From: Dicentrarchus labrax
Lineage: Eukaryota
NCBI RefSeq assembly: GCF_905237075.1
Contig: NW_026136706.1
Coordinates: 24,847,935-24,911,934, forward strand
Reading direction: 5' to 3'
Length of the DNA stretch: 64,000 bases
Shown here: piece after piece, positions 10,326 through 21,830 of the stretch
How the letters are laid out: every line of letters starts with the position of its first letter
Numbering within the stretch: position 1 is the stretch's first letter
Made by a program: the position numbers and the translations under genes
The notes under the pieces: generated by a model
Databases searched by the model: none
What the model was told of the DNA's origin: nothing
What the model saw: only the letters and a program-made list of their open reading frames with translations

Positions 10326-13167
10326 GGAAAGCTTAATGAACTGTGCTTCAAGTGTGACTCAGTGTGCATGCAGTGTCCTTCCCACGTGAAATTAACATAA
10401 TTTTAACTTTTGTCTCGGAAAAAAAAAGGATGAAAATAAAAAGAATCTACACATCAGAAATGTTCGAATCCGGTGGGAATTGAAGCGCTCACAGTGAGTG
10501 AGTCACAGATAGGAACTGCCTGAACCAAAAACAGACATCAATCCGTCTCTTCCTGTTTTCTGTCAGGCTCCACTGGTTGCTTTTATTTGTTCATGGATGG
10601 CTTTGTCAGTGGCCCGTCCTCATGTTCCACTTCTATTTTTGCATGTTAAATGCCTCAAAGCTCAAGTTCTTCTGCAAGGGAACTTTTTTACAGCCAGCTC
10701 TGTATAATGATCCAAATGAGGAGGAGGAACACTCCATCCTTTATTAAAGCATGAGCGCACACAAGAAAGTACAGTTAATGGATTAGACTTTGTGTTTTTT
10801 GTATAAAAAAAGAAGATGGAAGCCATGTCTCATTTGCTCAAGGATACTGAAAATGAGACTTGCAGCCTTCGCCTTAAAGAAATAGATATGTTGTCATGTT
10901 TAGTCCATTATAGTCACACCGTAACTCCAACTGTCATCTGTGACACATGGTGTGAGAATAGACTTCTTTTCCTTTCTTTCTTTTTGATCAGGCTAAAAAA
11001 CATGTAAATGCTGTATTTATGAATTCAGTTTCACTGCAAGAAAGATGTTAAAAAAGTTGTTAAACATGTCTTCCCAAAGTGGCGCCTTCTGTCTTTGGAA
11101 GTGAGAGAATAATCACTGCCAATTTTTGCACTTGCTCCGTTTCTGCGTTAAGATCTTTCTAAAAATTAAGACTTGGTGTGTAAATGTGAGATGGTGTGTA
11201 ATACAACCATGCCTTTAATTATAATATGAAATCCAGGTTATCTTGGCTGCATTTTCGTCAGCGCTGCTGGTAATTTCAATTAATAAACTTTTGAAATTTT
11301 TAACAATGTTGATGAATGTAAGAGCGCTGTTAGTTATTTAAGTCACTCCCAGGGGGATCAGTGAGCTTCAAGGGAATTAATCATGAAGTTGACAGAGCTG
11401 GTGAGGCAAAAAGGAGCTGCAGAGATGAGACGTTTTCTATTTTGAACTGAGAGCATCAAACGGTTGCAACATGAAAATAACAAAAGCAGAGTCCAGGGAG
11501 AGAGACAGCGATTCATGCTGAATGATGCTGTTCAGCACCAGCCTCCTCAACGTCTTCTGATGGCAGTTCCCAAAGTTTTTGTGCATATTTCAAGCATCCC
11601 GTTGCCTCCATTTGGAAGTAGCAAACCAGACTGCAGCCAGTTCCTGTCTTTCACTGCACCCTGCTGTGTTTTCCCTTTTCAAACACGAGCATCTCCTTGC
11701 ACACTCCATTGTCTAGTTTCGCTTGTGTCCTCGATGGCGTGGGTGTTATTTTTTTGTTGCAGAGTTGTCTCCCTGCTTTGTAGATTTGAACCAATAAAGT
11801 GTGTGAGACCTTCAGTGTGTCCTCACCGTCTGTTGTCTGAAAGGTGTCAGCTACAGCATGTGGTGACAACAGAATCATACTGAGTTCATTCGCTGTAGAC
11901 TCCACACTTATATACTAACATACTAAATGATAGTTTTCACATCAACACATCAATGTACTGTAAATGGAATTTTAAGGTCAAACGGTTAACGGTTGTATTT
12001 TTTTTAGCTTTAGTATCTAGGTTTAACACAGATGGGAAAATGAAGAGAGATCTCCAGTGGTGCAGTGGTGCAGTGGTGCCTGGAGAAGGAGGTATACTAA
12101 TTTATGCCCCCAATTTCTTTTAAAAGACCCGTCCAGCAAAGGATAAACGCCCTGTGTTATAAACAGGGGCATGTAAGACTTCTCTTGCATATTTAGCTCA
12201 CCCAGAAATGGGCCAGTAGTATTTGCACATTGTCACCTTCAAGGAGTAATGTTCATTATGACATTAACATCAGCCACAGAAGGGGTGCAGATTTTGCAAT
12301 TACCACTGGCCCACAAACGGGTGAGACAACTACATAATTCATAATTTTGAGTGTATTCCTTACTCCATACACTCTTGAAAATTGGACAGCTATGTCATGC
12401 CTTCGCCATCCTGCGCATCAGAGGGGATTTAGAAGTGGGTATACCAAATGCCGACTGAAAAATAAGTGTATTCTCCATACCTGTGTATACGCTGCCCTAC
12501 ACCAAACTGCTGGCCCTGGGGGCCATTTACGGCCCTCCATCACTCAAGTTTTTTTTTGGTATGATGTTAATAATGGATTTTTTTTTTTTTCAGAATAGAG
12601 CTTCCTTGTAGTACTTGAACTTTGAATTGGCCCTCCTATGAGATGACAATACCAGCAGGGGCCCCAAGCCAATCTGAGTTTGAGACCCCTGGTTTAAAAG
12701 CTGCTGTGTATTGCAAAAGCTTGTTGCCAGGGGTAATGGATTACAAGTAACGCACGATCAAAAAAGCCATTAATCTACTTTTCAGAACAAGAGGCGAATT
12801 CCAGCAGCAATCCCTGGCCACATCTGACCACTTTCCATACCAAAATCTGCAAAAGACAACATTTAGGCTACATGATGAAAACAACACTTAGTAAATATAG
12901 AGATCGCTGGCTAAAATTAGCCATGTTAATTTTTAATGGCTAACATTAATCTTTGATGTTATGATAATGAATAACGACTAGCTATCTTGTAGCTGCTGGG
13001 TTTTGAAATTGGTATGCTTTAGAAAGCAGTTAATCTAATGTAATGTCATCTTCAATGTTAATGTTAATGGAACACAGCGTTAGTTCAGGCAGGCCACGAA
13101 GTCAAGCTCAGCTCTCAATTCCAGCTACATCAGCTAATCACAGTCGTAAACACACATCAGCTGATTG

Positions 13168-13265
13168 CTCAGCTGATTCCTCCAAAGCTTCCTATTGGAA
13201 AATGACATACAATCAGGTGATAGCTCAGCTGATTCCCTTCAAGCATCCAATTGGCAAATGTCATT
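13168..13265. repeat. Local tandem duplication of about 54 bp (gctcagctgattcc.ccaa.g.tcc.attgg.aaatg.cat), two copies
   Basis: Direct reading of two adjacent near-identical blocks. Confidence 0.6.
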
Positions 13266-14745
13266 CAGGGCACTTTATTTAAGCTGCTTTAGCCTGCCTA
13301 CCCTCGCTGCTTCCTCTGCAATGCAGCTTCCTTTATGCTCTAACTGACTTAATCAATGTCATTTCTGTTGCCATTGATGCTTGCTCTGTTCTGTACCCTG
13401 GGGGGTAGAGCTGCTCTCCTTGTCTTAAGCTTTCCGGGTTTGCACATGGAAGGGCAGGGAGGTCCCAGAAGAGAGCCATGCCATCAAATATGCATTGGAA
13501 ATAAAGCTTTATTTTTGACAAAAAGGGTCCTAGCTGAATTTTGATAATAATCCTACAATGATAATTACAATAATAAGATGCAGTAGCAACCACAACCTAA
13601 AAACAGAAAAACAGAAAAGTAGGTTGTACTTTAAGTAATTTATTAACAAGGTCCCTTTTTACTTTTACTTGAGTAGGTTTCCTAAATTGCAATGTTCCCT
13701 TTCTTTCTTTTTTTATGGGAGTAATTGTAATTTTATTTTTAGATTTTCAGTACCCTACCCACCACTGCTTGTTGCCATCGCTCAGAACCAGAACACTGAG
13801 GCTTATTTTGTGAGGAACCGGCAAGTCTCCAGGCAAATGACATTACAGTCACCCTCCTGTCCTCTCACCACCCTGCCTCATGTTCCTGTCAACACAGATT
13901 GTGTAGGAGCCCGTCAGTGTTGTGGGTCAGAGTCCGAGGAGTCAGACACCCCATGTTATCTTGGAGACTGAACGTGTTGGAAGAGTGGCTGTCAAGAATT
14001 TGGGGACAGGGTGCATGGGGCCGCCAAGGGCAGTCTGAGTGGGGTAACAGGTTGTAGATTTCTTTTGTCCAGTTTACTTTATAAAGAGTGAAGTGTTTTG
14101 GCCATGCCTAGTTCACAGTCTATTTATTGTTATGTATCCTGTTATTATTATTATCATTGTAGTTATTATACAGTATTTTATTGTCCAAGGCCAACCTCTC
14201 AAAAATGTATCTTTTAGGGATTTTATTCCTCCCACATCTTTCTTTGTATGTATTTTGTTGTAAATAAATTACTTTCTTATTTAGTATACCTGTGTTTTTC
14301 ACATTTTTAGGCTGCACTGTGACAAAATTAGGAAAACAAATTAATAGTATATATAAAAGTAATTTCTAGGAGACAAGGTTGGGTCAGGTTTTAGAAGAAA
14401 TAGGATGACCTTGATAAGGTGTAACCACAGTAAGAGCCTGTCGCCCGCAGCCCTTTTCAGCTCACCGAGGTTGCTTTTCCTCCCTGCAATATTTAAAGTC
14501 TGTCTGAACTTAAATTGCATTTTTTTGTCAGCTACAGCGTATCTATCTGTTCTGCCCGCCGGTTCACCAGTGGAGAGCTTTCAGTGTGAGGCGGTAACAG
14601 CAGGAAAGGTTCAGTTTGCATTAGAGGAAAACTTAACACAGCTCCAATACGGCTGAATGTGATCTGTAAACAGTAAAATATGGCTGATATGTGAACATAC
14701 TGCATCTCAAACCATAGAAAATCTACATAACTACTGAGAGCTGAA

Positions 14746-14815
14746 CACAGACACACTTTTAAAAACAGCTTTCAGCATGGAGACACACTTTTAAAAACAG
14801 CTTTCAGCATGGACA
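14746..14815. repeat. Tandem duplication of a 34-bp unit (gacacacttttaaaaacagctttcagcatgga), two copies
   Basis: The block 'acacttttaaaaacagctttcagcatgga' occurs twice in tandem. Confidence 0.85.
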
Positions 14816-16814
14816 TATGAGTTTAGCCGCAAAAGACACAACTATGGGGAGTAGACAGATTGGCCAGTTGTCGGCCATGCTAACAAACACATAGCAGTGC
14901 TGCTGGGAGCAGCCGTTTCCCTGCTGTGAGGCATTAGTGCAAATGCATGTTACACAGCTTGGCTTGGCAGGGTAAGGCCAAAGCAGAGTGACCCATGCAG
15001 GCCCATGAAAAAACCCTATTATTGACTAAAAGTGTGTGAAAATTTGGTAAGAAATTGAGTTAATTTTAGGTTTATTTAATTCTTGTGTGGGAGCCAAATA
15101 GAGAGCCGAAGTGAAACTAGAACGTTTTTTTACTTTGGTTTAGTTTTCTAAGACATTAGGCTATTGTTACTTATTTTGAAGGAATCTTTTCTTTTCTTTC
15201 AAAAGGGTCAAATCTCTTTCACTTTTTTGGTTAATTTTAAAATATTATATATTATTTGTAAATCTAAACTGTCTTATTGTCTTATTATATGTATTTATAA
15301 TGTTTTCTGGGCTCAGTCAGTCTAAACGCAGTCCACAGCTTCTCGAGGTGTATTCACACCTAGCTCCTCTGGACCAGTGGTTTTAAAACCTGGAGCGTGT
15401 CCCCCCCCAGGTTTGGTTCATTTGCACATATGTGAACACAGAAATTGCACTTGAGTGTGGTGCAAAACAAGTGATTGCCTAGAAGTAGGAAATTCCTGGG
15501 GAAAAAAAAATCTCTTAAAGAGTGGGAATCCTGGAAGAGAGAACAGCTTGCCCGTGCATGGCGTTTGTTTACAACTTTTGACCGCTCTTGAAAGTTGCCA
15601 TGTGAATACAAATAAACCCAGGGGCAAATGCAGCAATTGTATTAAATAAGTCCCTGAATTGGAACAAAGCAAACAGGTCTGAAAGCGCCCTTAAATACAG
15701 CGTAGGATGGTGGGGTGCTACAGTTAAATCAAATCATTGTTTTTCTGGAATAAAGGGCAATATTATCCATAATTGGAGGAAGACTGGAGGTGGAGATGGA
15801 ATAAATTTGAACTGAAATGTTTGTAGAACTAAAGCCATCAGGTAAATATGCATTATTATTAAGCAGGCATTGAAAAATGCCTCTTGAGTATAATGTTTAC
15901 TTGTTTCTCTGTTAGATTGCATTTTAATCTTCTGTCCCCGACTGAAGATGTTCCTATTTGACTAGTAGTCATTAAATAAAGCCAATAGTCGGCTTGTGAT
16001 ATTAATTTAATGAATTAAAATATATCTTTTAACAGCCGCCTGTTAGATGATAACAGAAAAAGCAGTAATAATTCTGAATGTGTCGGAACAACCAGCAAGG
16101 AGACTGAACATTTAATTGATTTACGTTCAACACAGCATACAGGTAAGTGACTCCCTGTGTTACAAGAAAAAAGGTTAGTGTTGAAACAATCCCCTGACCG
16201 GTGACAAGGCACAGCTCCCGAATGGAGTTTGACTTTGTTTTTTTTTTCTTGCCACTATCCGACTAACGAAAAGTGGGTCGACTAAGAGTCTTCACATTGA
16301 CTAACGATTAAGTCGACTATTAGGAGGCAGCCCTAGTATGTTTATATTACTCAGTAAATGCAAGGTTTGTGTGATGCAAGAGGACAAAAAACGTACTATT
16401 CAGACAAATGGTCAAACTAAGCCTTGAGGTAACAGCCCGACAAGCTGCTTGAGGAGCTTTTGTTTAACTGCATATCTTTATTCTTTCTTGTAACAGATTA
16501 GATAAACAGGGTGAGCTCATTCTCACATAAAACAATGATTAAAAACAACTATATTCCGTTCTTAGTAGTAGTTAGACAGTAGTGGTCATTTTTTTCTCCT
16601 TGCTAAAGTGAGAGCCATGGGTTTCCAGCCAACTGACATCGCAGTGTCTCTAACCTCAGGGCAGAAGCCTCAGTCTGTGTGAGTCAGTGTGCAAATCAGA
16701 AGATTGGAGTACAGTTCATAGACTTTCCCTAATTTGGTCATCGTGCACAGTTGGTTGAAACACTAGTCGTGATACTGTTCAGTCGTCAAGATAGTCAGCG
16801 GTGGAAGATTTATG

Positions 16815-16849
16815 TGCTTTTTTTTAATTTTTTTTTTTTTTTTTAATTT

Positions 16850-16886
<37 letters not shown>

Positions 16887-16891
16887 TTTTT

Positions 16892-16930
<39 letters not shown>

Positions 16931-17075
16931 TTTTAATTAATTTAAATTTTTTAAATTTTTTTTTTTTTTTTAAAAACCCTTTTTTTTTCTTTTTTTAAAA
17001 AAATTTTTTTCCTTTTTAAAATTTTTTTTTTCCAAAATTTATTTTTTTAAAATCCCCTTTAAAGGTAATTTTGTA
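16815..17075. repeat. About 260 bp of extreme low-complexity T-rich sequence, poly-T runs interrupted by short A runs
   Basis: ttttttttaatttttttttttt... Read on the minus strand it could be a poly(A)-like tail, or it could be an assembly artefact of a long homopolymer. Confidence 0.8.
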
Positions 17076-17104
17076 ATTTTAAATAATTAATATACATTTG
17101 GTGC

Positions 17105-17530
17105 TCTAGTGCAGTAGTTCTCAACCTGGGGGTTGCCAAAGTTTCTTGGGAAGTCGTGAGGCCTTCTTGATTTTGAAGGGTGTAAGAAAACTGAAAAATA
17201 TCCACAGTACGCCTATATCTCAGCATTTGGTTCACTTCTGTGGAGAAAAATAAATGTAAAGTCAATTGTCTAACAGAACAATGGGCAAACACCAGGGACA
17301 AGAAAACACTGAATTCATCAGAAAAGAAGCCTATCAAGTATGTATGACTGTTAAAAATTATAAAAAATAAATAATAGACTCCCCTAACCTTCCCTAAACA
17401 GGAAACAATTCTTTTACACAAACTTCTTGCAGTTACTGAGTTCTCTGTTTGGGTTCATTGTAAAGTTCTGAATATAATTAGATTTATCCATAAAATATGT
17501 CACTTGAGGGGTTGTCAGTTTACTAAATGA
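17105..17530 (+). repeat. Interspersed repeat family D, copy 1 (…gtagttctcaacctgggggttgccaaag…cttcttgattttgaagggtgtaagaaaactgaaaaat…caccagggacaagaaaacactgaattcatcagaaaagaagcctatcaagtatgtatgactgttaaaaat…); copy 2 at 54362-54770
   Basis: Long collinear similarity with 54362-54770 (gtggttcttaacctgggggtc...gggttgccaaagcttcatgggg...cttcttgattttaaggggtgtaagaaaacttaaaaaac...catcagggacaagaaaaaacctgaatttgtcaaaaaagaagactatcaagtctgtatgattgttaaaaaat). Confidence 0.65.
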
Positions 17531-17974
17531 TAGAAAAAGAATTCCTATGATCTAGTGCGTGTTTACTGCAGCAGTAATGAAGTAATAGCAGCAATTTGAG
17601 TTATAATCTACTACTAGACATTGCTTCTTCATTATCACCATTTTTTTCTATTTCATTATGTCCTATTTTTCTATTCTATTTTTTATTTAATGTGTATTTT
17701 AGCAAGTGAATGTCCCCAGTGTTTGAACAATTAAGTCTATCTTATCTTATCTTATTATGACTTGCAACAATTGTATCAAGTAGACTGAAACAACCTGTAA
17801 CTGCCCTGTGATATTGCAACAAAGTTCCAACAGCCTGAATGAACTGAGACCCATCACTCAAAGGGGGACTTGTTTTGGTATCATATGAAAGTGGGTGTTA
17901 TTATTTTACGCACTGCTAGCGCTCCACTAGTAGGAGGATGCATTGGTTTTTGCGAGTCATAAATCCAATACAAA

Positions 17975-18195
17975 GCTGTCAATACAGAGGATTGTGGACT
18001 GTACTTGTATAGCGCCTTTCTAGTCTTCTGACCACTCAAAGCTTTTTAGCACAAACAAACTAATTAATTCACACAGCTAACACACGTTCATGTTAGCCGT
18101 GACCATTTGGGGTTCAGTATCTTGTTCAAAGACACTTCCACATACAGCAGGAGGAGCCGGGGATCGAATCGCCAACCTTCTGATTAGTGGAAGAC
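17975..18195 (-). mobile_element. tRNA-derived SINE (percomorph type with the body '...gtccttgagcaagacactgaaccccaaatggtcacggctaacatgaacgtgtgttagc...aaagctttgagtggtcagaagactagaaaggcgctatacaagtacagtcc'), minus orientation
   Basis: The reverse complement of 17990-18190 gives a B-box-like 'ggttggcgattcgatccccggctcc' followed by the conserved body and tail seen in the + orientation at 21297-21830 and 43978-44212. Confidence 0.6.
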
Positions 18196-18547
18196 AAATG
18201 CATTAGTTGTAATTTAAAAAAGAGTTGTTGTAAAAACAGTTGTTGTACTGCTTTCATGGGAGCTCAGCTCCCACTGGCTTATGTTCATTCCAAAGCAGAA
18301 ATGTCACCCAGTGCAATAATGTGCCTTATTTATAAATATATAAACAACAGTGGCACTCTATGGCACAGAGGAATAAGATCAGGCTTTGACTACACAGACA
18401 ATAAAAGGAATATATTGAAATCAATCTTTGGTCTCTCAATCTGTAATACTGTAAAAATGCTAGCCTTATACTACACTAAGTTATAATTAATGAACCAGCT
18501 TCAGGGTAGAAGTGATCATTTTCACTATAGTAAAATGGTTATTTTAT

Positions 18548-18600
18548 TTAAAGGACCAGTAGAGGCTTAAGTGGCATCCAGTGCCTAAAATCACCAGCAC
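18548..18600 (+). mobile_element. MITE-like family M, 5' terminal fragment (tttaaaggaccagtagaggcttaagtggcatccagtg)
   Basis: Same 5' terminus as the copies at 37283 and 39894. Confidence 0.5.
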
Positions 18601-18782
18601 TGAGTGACTTCTGATCAGGTCACTGGTACTTTTTCCAAGGTACACAATAAAACTTAATAGTGTAACAGTAACTGTGTTGATGAATCAAAGTAGTTTGTGC
18701 TGATGAGGTACTCTCGCGTAGCTAGCTCAATGCTAAGAAAACAGCACTGAAAACATCCAATAAAGGATAAAAAACCGCAAAA

Positions 18783-18836
18783 GAATTAGGTTAGGGTTAT
18801 GTTGTGTTTAGGGTTAGGGTTGTGCTAAATTAGGGT
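18783..18836. repeat. Degenerate telomere-like (TTAGGG)n tract: ttaggttagggttatgttgtgtttagggttagggttgtgctaaattagggta
   Basis: Several TTAGGG / GGTTAGGG units. It may belong to repeat family A, which also carries GGTTAGGGTTAGG. Confidence 0.5.
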
Positions 18837-18851
18837 ACCGGCAGCTTTTTT

Positions 18852-19152
18852 GGTCCACTTCAGGAACTGGTGGCATCTAGTGGTGAAGTTGCAGATTGCA
18901 ACCATTTGAATACAGAATACAGAAGAAGCTATGGTGCCTGCAAAACTCATGACTAACAAAAGATCCAGTGTTTGGTTTGTCCGTTCTGGGCTACTGTAGA
19001 AACATCGCGCTTCAACATGGACCCGCTCCCTCTGTAGATAAAAACAGCTATGATTATTATTTTCAGGTGATTACACACTAATGAAAACATACCTATGAAT
19101 ATTACATTCCATTTATGCCAAACCTACTAAATGTTACACACTGGACCTTTAA
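18852..19152 (+). mobile_element. MITE-like family M, near full-length copy ending ...ttacacactggacctttaa
   Basis: Its 5' end is ggtccacttcaggaactggtggcatctagtggtgaagttgcagattgcaacc. It contains ctccctctgtag, gtttggtttgtccgttctgggctactgtagaaacat, ttttcaggtgattacacactaatgaaaacatacctatgaatattacattccatt, and a 3' end ACACTGGACCTTTAA. Confidence 0.65.
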
Positions 19153-20341
19153 ATTACCGCCCTGTTCAGAATTCTGTCTAGTATTTCATATTTAGTCACA
19201 GAGGAACATTTATCATTCTTGGGATTCATTGCTGAAACCCACCAGCAACCTTCACTCTTGTAGGTGTAACAGTACCCAGACAGCCCTGTGGAAAGGTGTT
19301 CTCTCTGACATTACATTTTGATTTGTGCAAAATGTCAACACTCCAGAAAGTTCTGTTGACCTGGAGGCCTGTGGGAATACTTTGCCCATCATTTTGCTCA
19401 CATTATGTGGTTCTCTGTGGAATATTAGGGTGGCTTTTTCCACATGAAGGTGCATTTCAAGTACAAATATTTCAGCAGTGAGAGTAATGGCCTTATGTGT
19501 ATTTAAGTGAATAGGCAAATTTACATTTTGGAGGTTAACAAAGAGAGGCCACTGTACGAGTCCCTCTGAATGTGCCAGGAAGGCTACAATTTATTTCAGC
19601 AGAACAGAGATGTTCGACTGTCTTTTCTTCTTTTATACATTTGAACATTTGAAAGCTTTCTGCTTTCAAGTGAGAATAACATGCCAATGGGTGGAAAAAG
19701 AAAGTATCTGAATAAAATATGTGCAGTTTTCTTTCCTGTTTGTGTTGTGGGGGAATTGTAAGAGGAGCGCAGAAGCATTTTGTACATTCTGTATGTGTTA
19801 TTAAAAAAGAGAAATGATGAAGACAGCACTGATGAAAGTATGATTGAATTATAACAATTCATTTGTTAAATTGGGTCTAATGTAAATTTGATTTGACAAA
19901 TACAGGATGGATTTATGAAAAAAACTATTTTATATATCTATATATGTATTTATTTTTTCTTTATTTATTGACATGTTACAGTGAACAGTACCCCTGCTGT
20001 TAGTCTAATGCATTGTACACATACAGTATATACATAATGCACTATTGTAACTCAAGGATAAAGAGCAAGAAAAGCACAAAGCTCAAGAATCCTTGTTTAA
20101 AGGCCACATTAATAGATGTTTACTCAAAGGGGACTAATTTCAGATGACCCCGGTGAAATATGAAAGATAATTTAGTGTGGAATTTGTACTGATCAGATAC
20201 AGATGATTCACATTGGATTAAGAAAAAAGATGGGCTCAATATGTCATGGTGACATTAGCCCTGTCTTTTCTTGTGAATATGCCAGCTTTGCATTTTCATT
20301 AAGTCTTCAGATCCTGGTTTCGTCCTGCTTGCTAGGGGGGT

Positions 20342-20343
<2 letters not shown>

Positions 20344-20414
<71 letters not shown>
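20344..20414. repeat. (AC)n microsatellite, about 35 units
   Basis: acacacac... continuous. Confidence 0.95.
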
Positions 20415-20417
<3 letters not shown>

Positions 20418-21296
20418 TTGAACTTCCCAGGTTTGGTTCTGGCTTGGTTGCTGATCTGATTTGAACTTTTATAAATACTGTTGGGTTGCTTGATGTAGAG
20501 CAATGAATCATATTTTGTGTTTTTTTTTATGTAAAATTATAATCTACAAAGTGGCTAGTAAAGGAGTAGGAGTAGAAAGTATAATATTTCTACAGTGGTT
20601 GACGCGGGCAACGGCCCAAAACGTTTCCATTAGGACAAAATCTAATTTTGGATGCCAATTCAAAAACGCATGTGAAACTCAAAAACAAATGCAACAGTGG
20701 AAACATGCTGCAGAAAGCCACAACAAATACAATTACAGCAAACGTGCTGCAATTATAGAAACAATCCATCCAAAAAATCCAAAAACACATGATAGAATGG
20801 GAGGTAGGTTATATCCAGTTCTACCACTGCCAGCTTCAGTTGAGAATTTTGTTGCTGGTAGCAACCATTACTGGTACATTTCTATAGCCGTTTTACTGAC
20901 ATTGTGACCATTTTGTCAGATATTTAAGTGAGAATATATTGACAGGTATCTTTTAAGCTACTCTGCCTTTGTTGGACCACTATCTGTGCACTACTTTTTT
21001 CCAATAATAAGACTCAAATGTGGAGATAAGATTGGGCCACAAGATCAGGGAAAATGCAGCAGGCCCCTTTAATATTAATATTGTACTTAACTGGAGCAAA
21101 TTCCCTAACAAATTACATAACAATTAGCGAGTAATAAAACAAACTGACATCCAGTGAACCTACGGGGCTTCCCTGGTCCCTTGGGCATTTGACTGCTTCG
21201 GCCTGTTGGTAATTCATCCTTCCCTGTGTTACACTATACAACCATTCCTGTGATACTGCTGCTGCTGCATATGTACTACTAAACTGCTATTAGTAT

Positions 21297-21719
21297 GGCT
21301 AATAGAGTGGGTTGTTCACTAATCACAGGATTGGCAGTTCAATCCCCAGGTGTCCCTGTTCTCTTTTTATTTTAATGTGCGGCTAAACAACAGTGACATT
21401 ACAGATACAAAAATGAGAAATAGGAATAAAATACACAAAGGTAAAGGACTATATACTTTTTATACATATTATAATTATCAGCAAGAATAAGAACAATGAT
21501 AATGATAATAACGATAATTAACAAAATGGACATGTTTATATTACTTGTATTGAGGAAGAGAGAAATAATAATGAGTGAGAAAATAAATAAATAAATGATT
21601 TGCCAATAATTATTCCTATTGTACTATCTAGGTCTCCCTGTTCACATGTTAAACTGTCCTTGAGCAAGATGCTGAACCCCAAATGGTCACGGCTAACATG
21701 AACGTGTGTTAACTCTGTG

Positions 21720-21767
<48 letters not shown>

Positions 21768-21830
21768 AATGGGTGAATGAGAGGCAAATTGCAAAGCGAT
21801 TTGTTTAAAAGTGGCTATATAAATGCAGCA
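21297..21830 (+). mobile_element. tRNA-derived SINE copy (same family as 43978-44212) interrupted by a nested AT-rich insertion of about 260 bp (21358-21618) and carrying an expanded (TG)n at 21723-21765
   Basis: Head 'ctaatcacaggattggcagttcaatccccaggtgtccctgttc' followed by the insertion. The SINE resumes as 'ctaggtctccctgttcacatgttaaactgtccttgagcaagatgctgaaccccaaatggtcacggctaacatgaacgtgtgttaactctgtgagag(tg)n gaatgggtgaatgagagg...aaagcgatttg'. A duplicated 'tccctgttc' flanks the insertion. Confidence 0.6.

Noticed and set aside
11464-11883. A 139-aa ORF, and the 28287-28708 pair of overlapping ORFs on both strands in a GC-richer patch
   Set aside because: No motif I can recognise. Cys/Leu/Ser-rich junk-like translation and reciprocal overlap on both strands argue for chance. 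Any exon there would need transcript evidence.
16255-16325. A cluster of 'gtcgactaa / gactaacga' short repeats, as a possible transposon terminus
   Set aside because: Too short and without an identifiable partner end or TSD.
17975-18195. tRNA-like sequences (A-box and B-box motifs) here and at 21297, 43978 and 56395 as possible tRNA genes
   Set aside because: They are SINE heads. Each is followed by the conserved SINE body and tail, none folds into an obvious complete cloverleaf with an anticodon on inspection, and the family is multi-copy.
20203-20421. ORFs translating to poly-HT ('THTHTHTH') and poly-CV
   Set aside because: These are translations of the (AC)n/(GT)n microsatellite.
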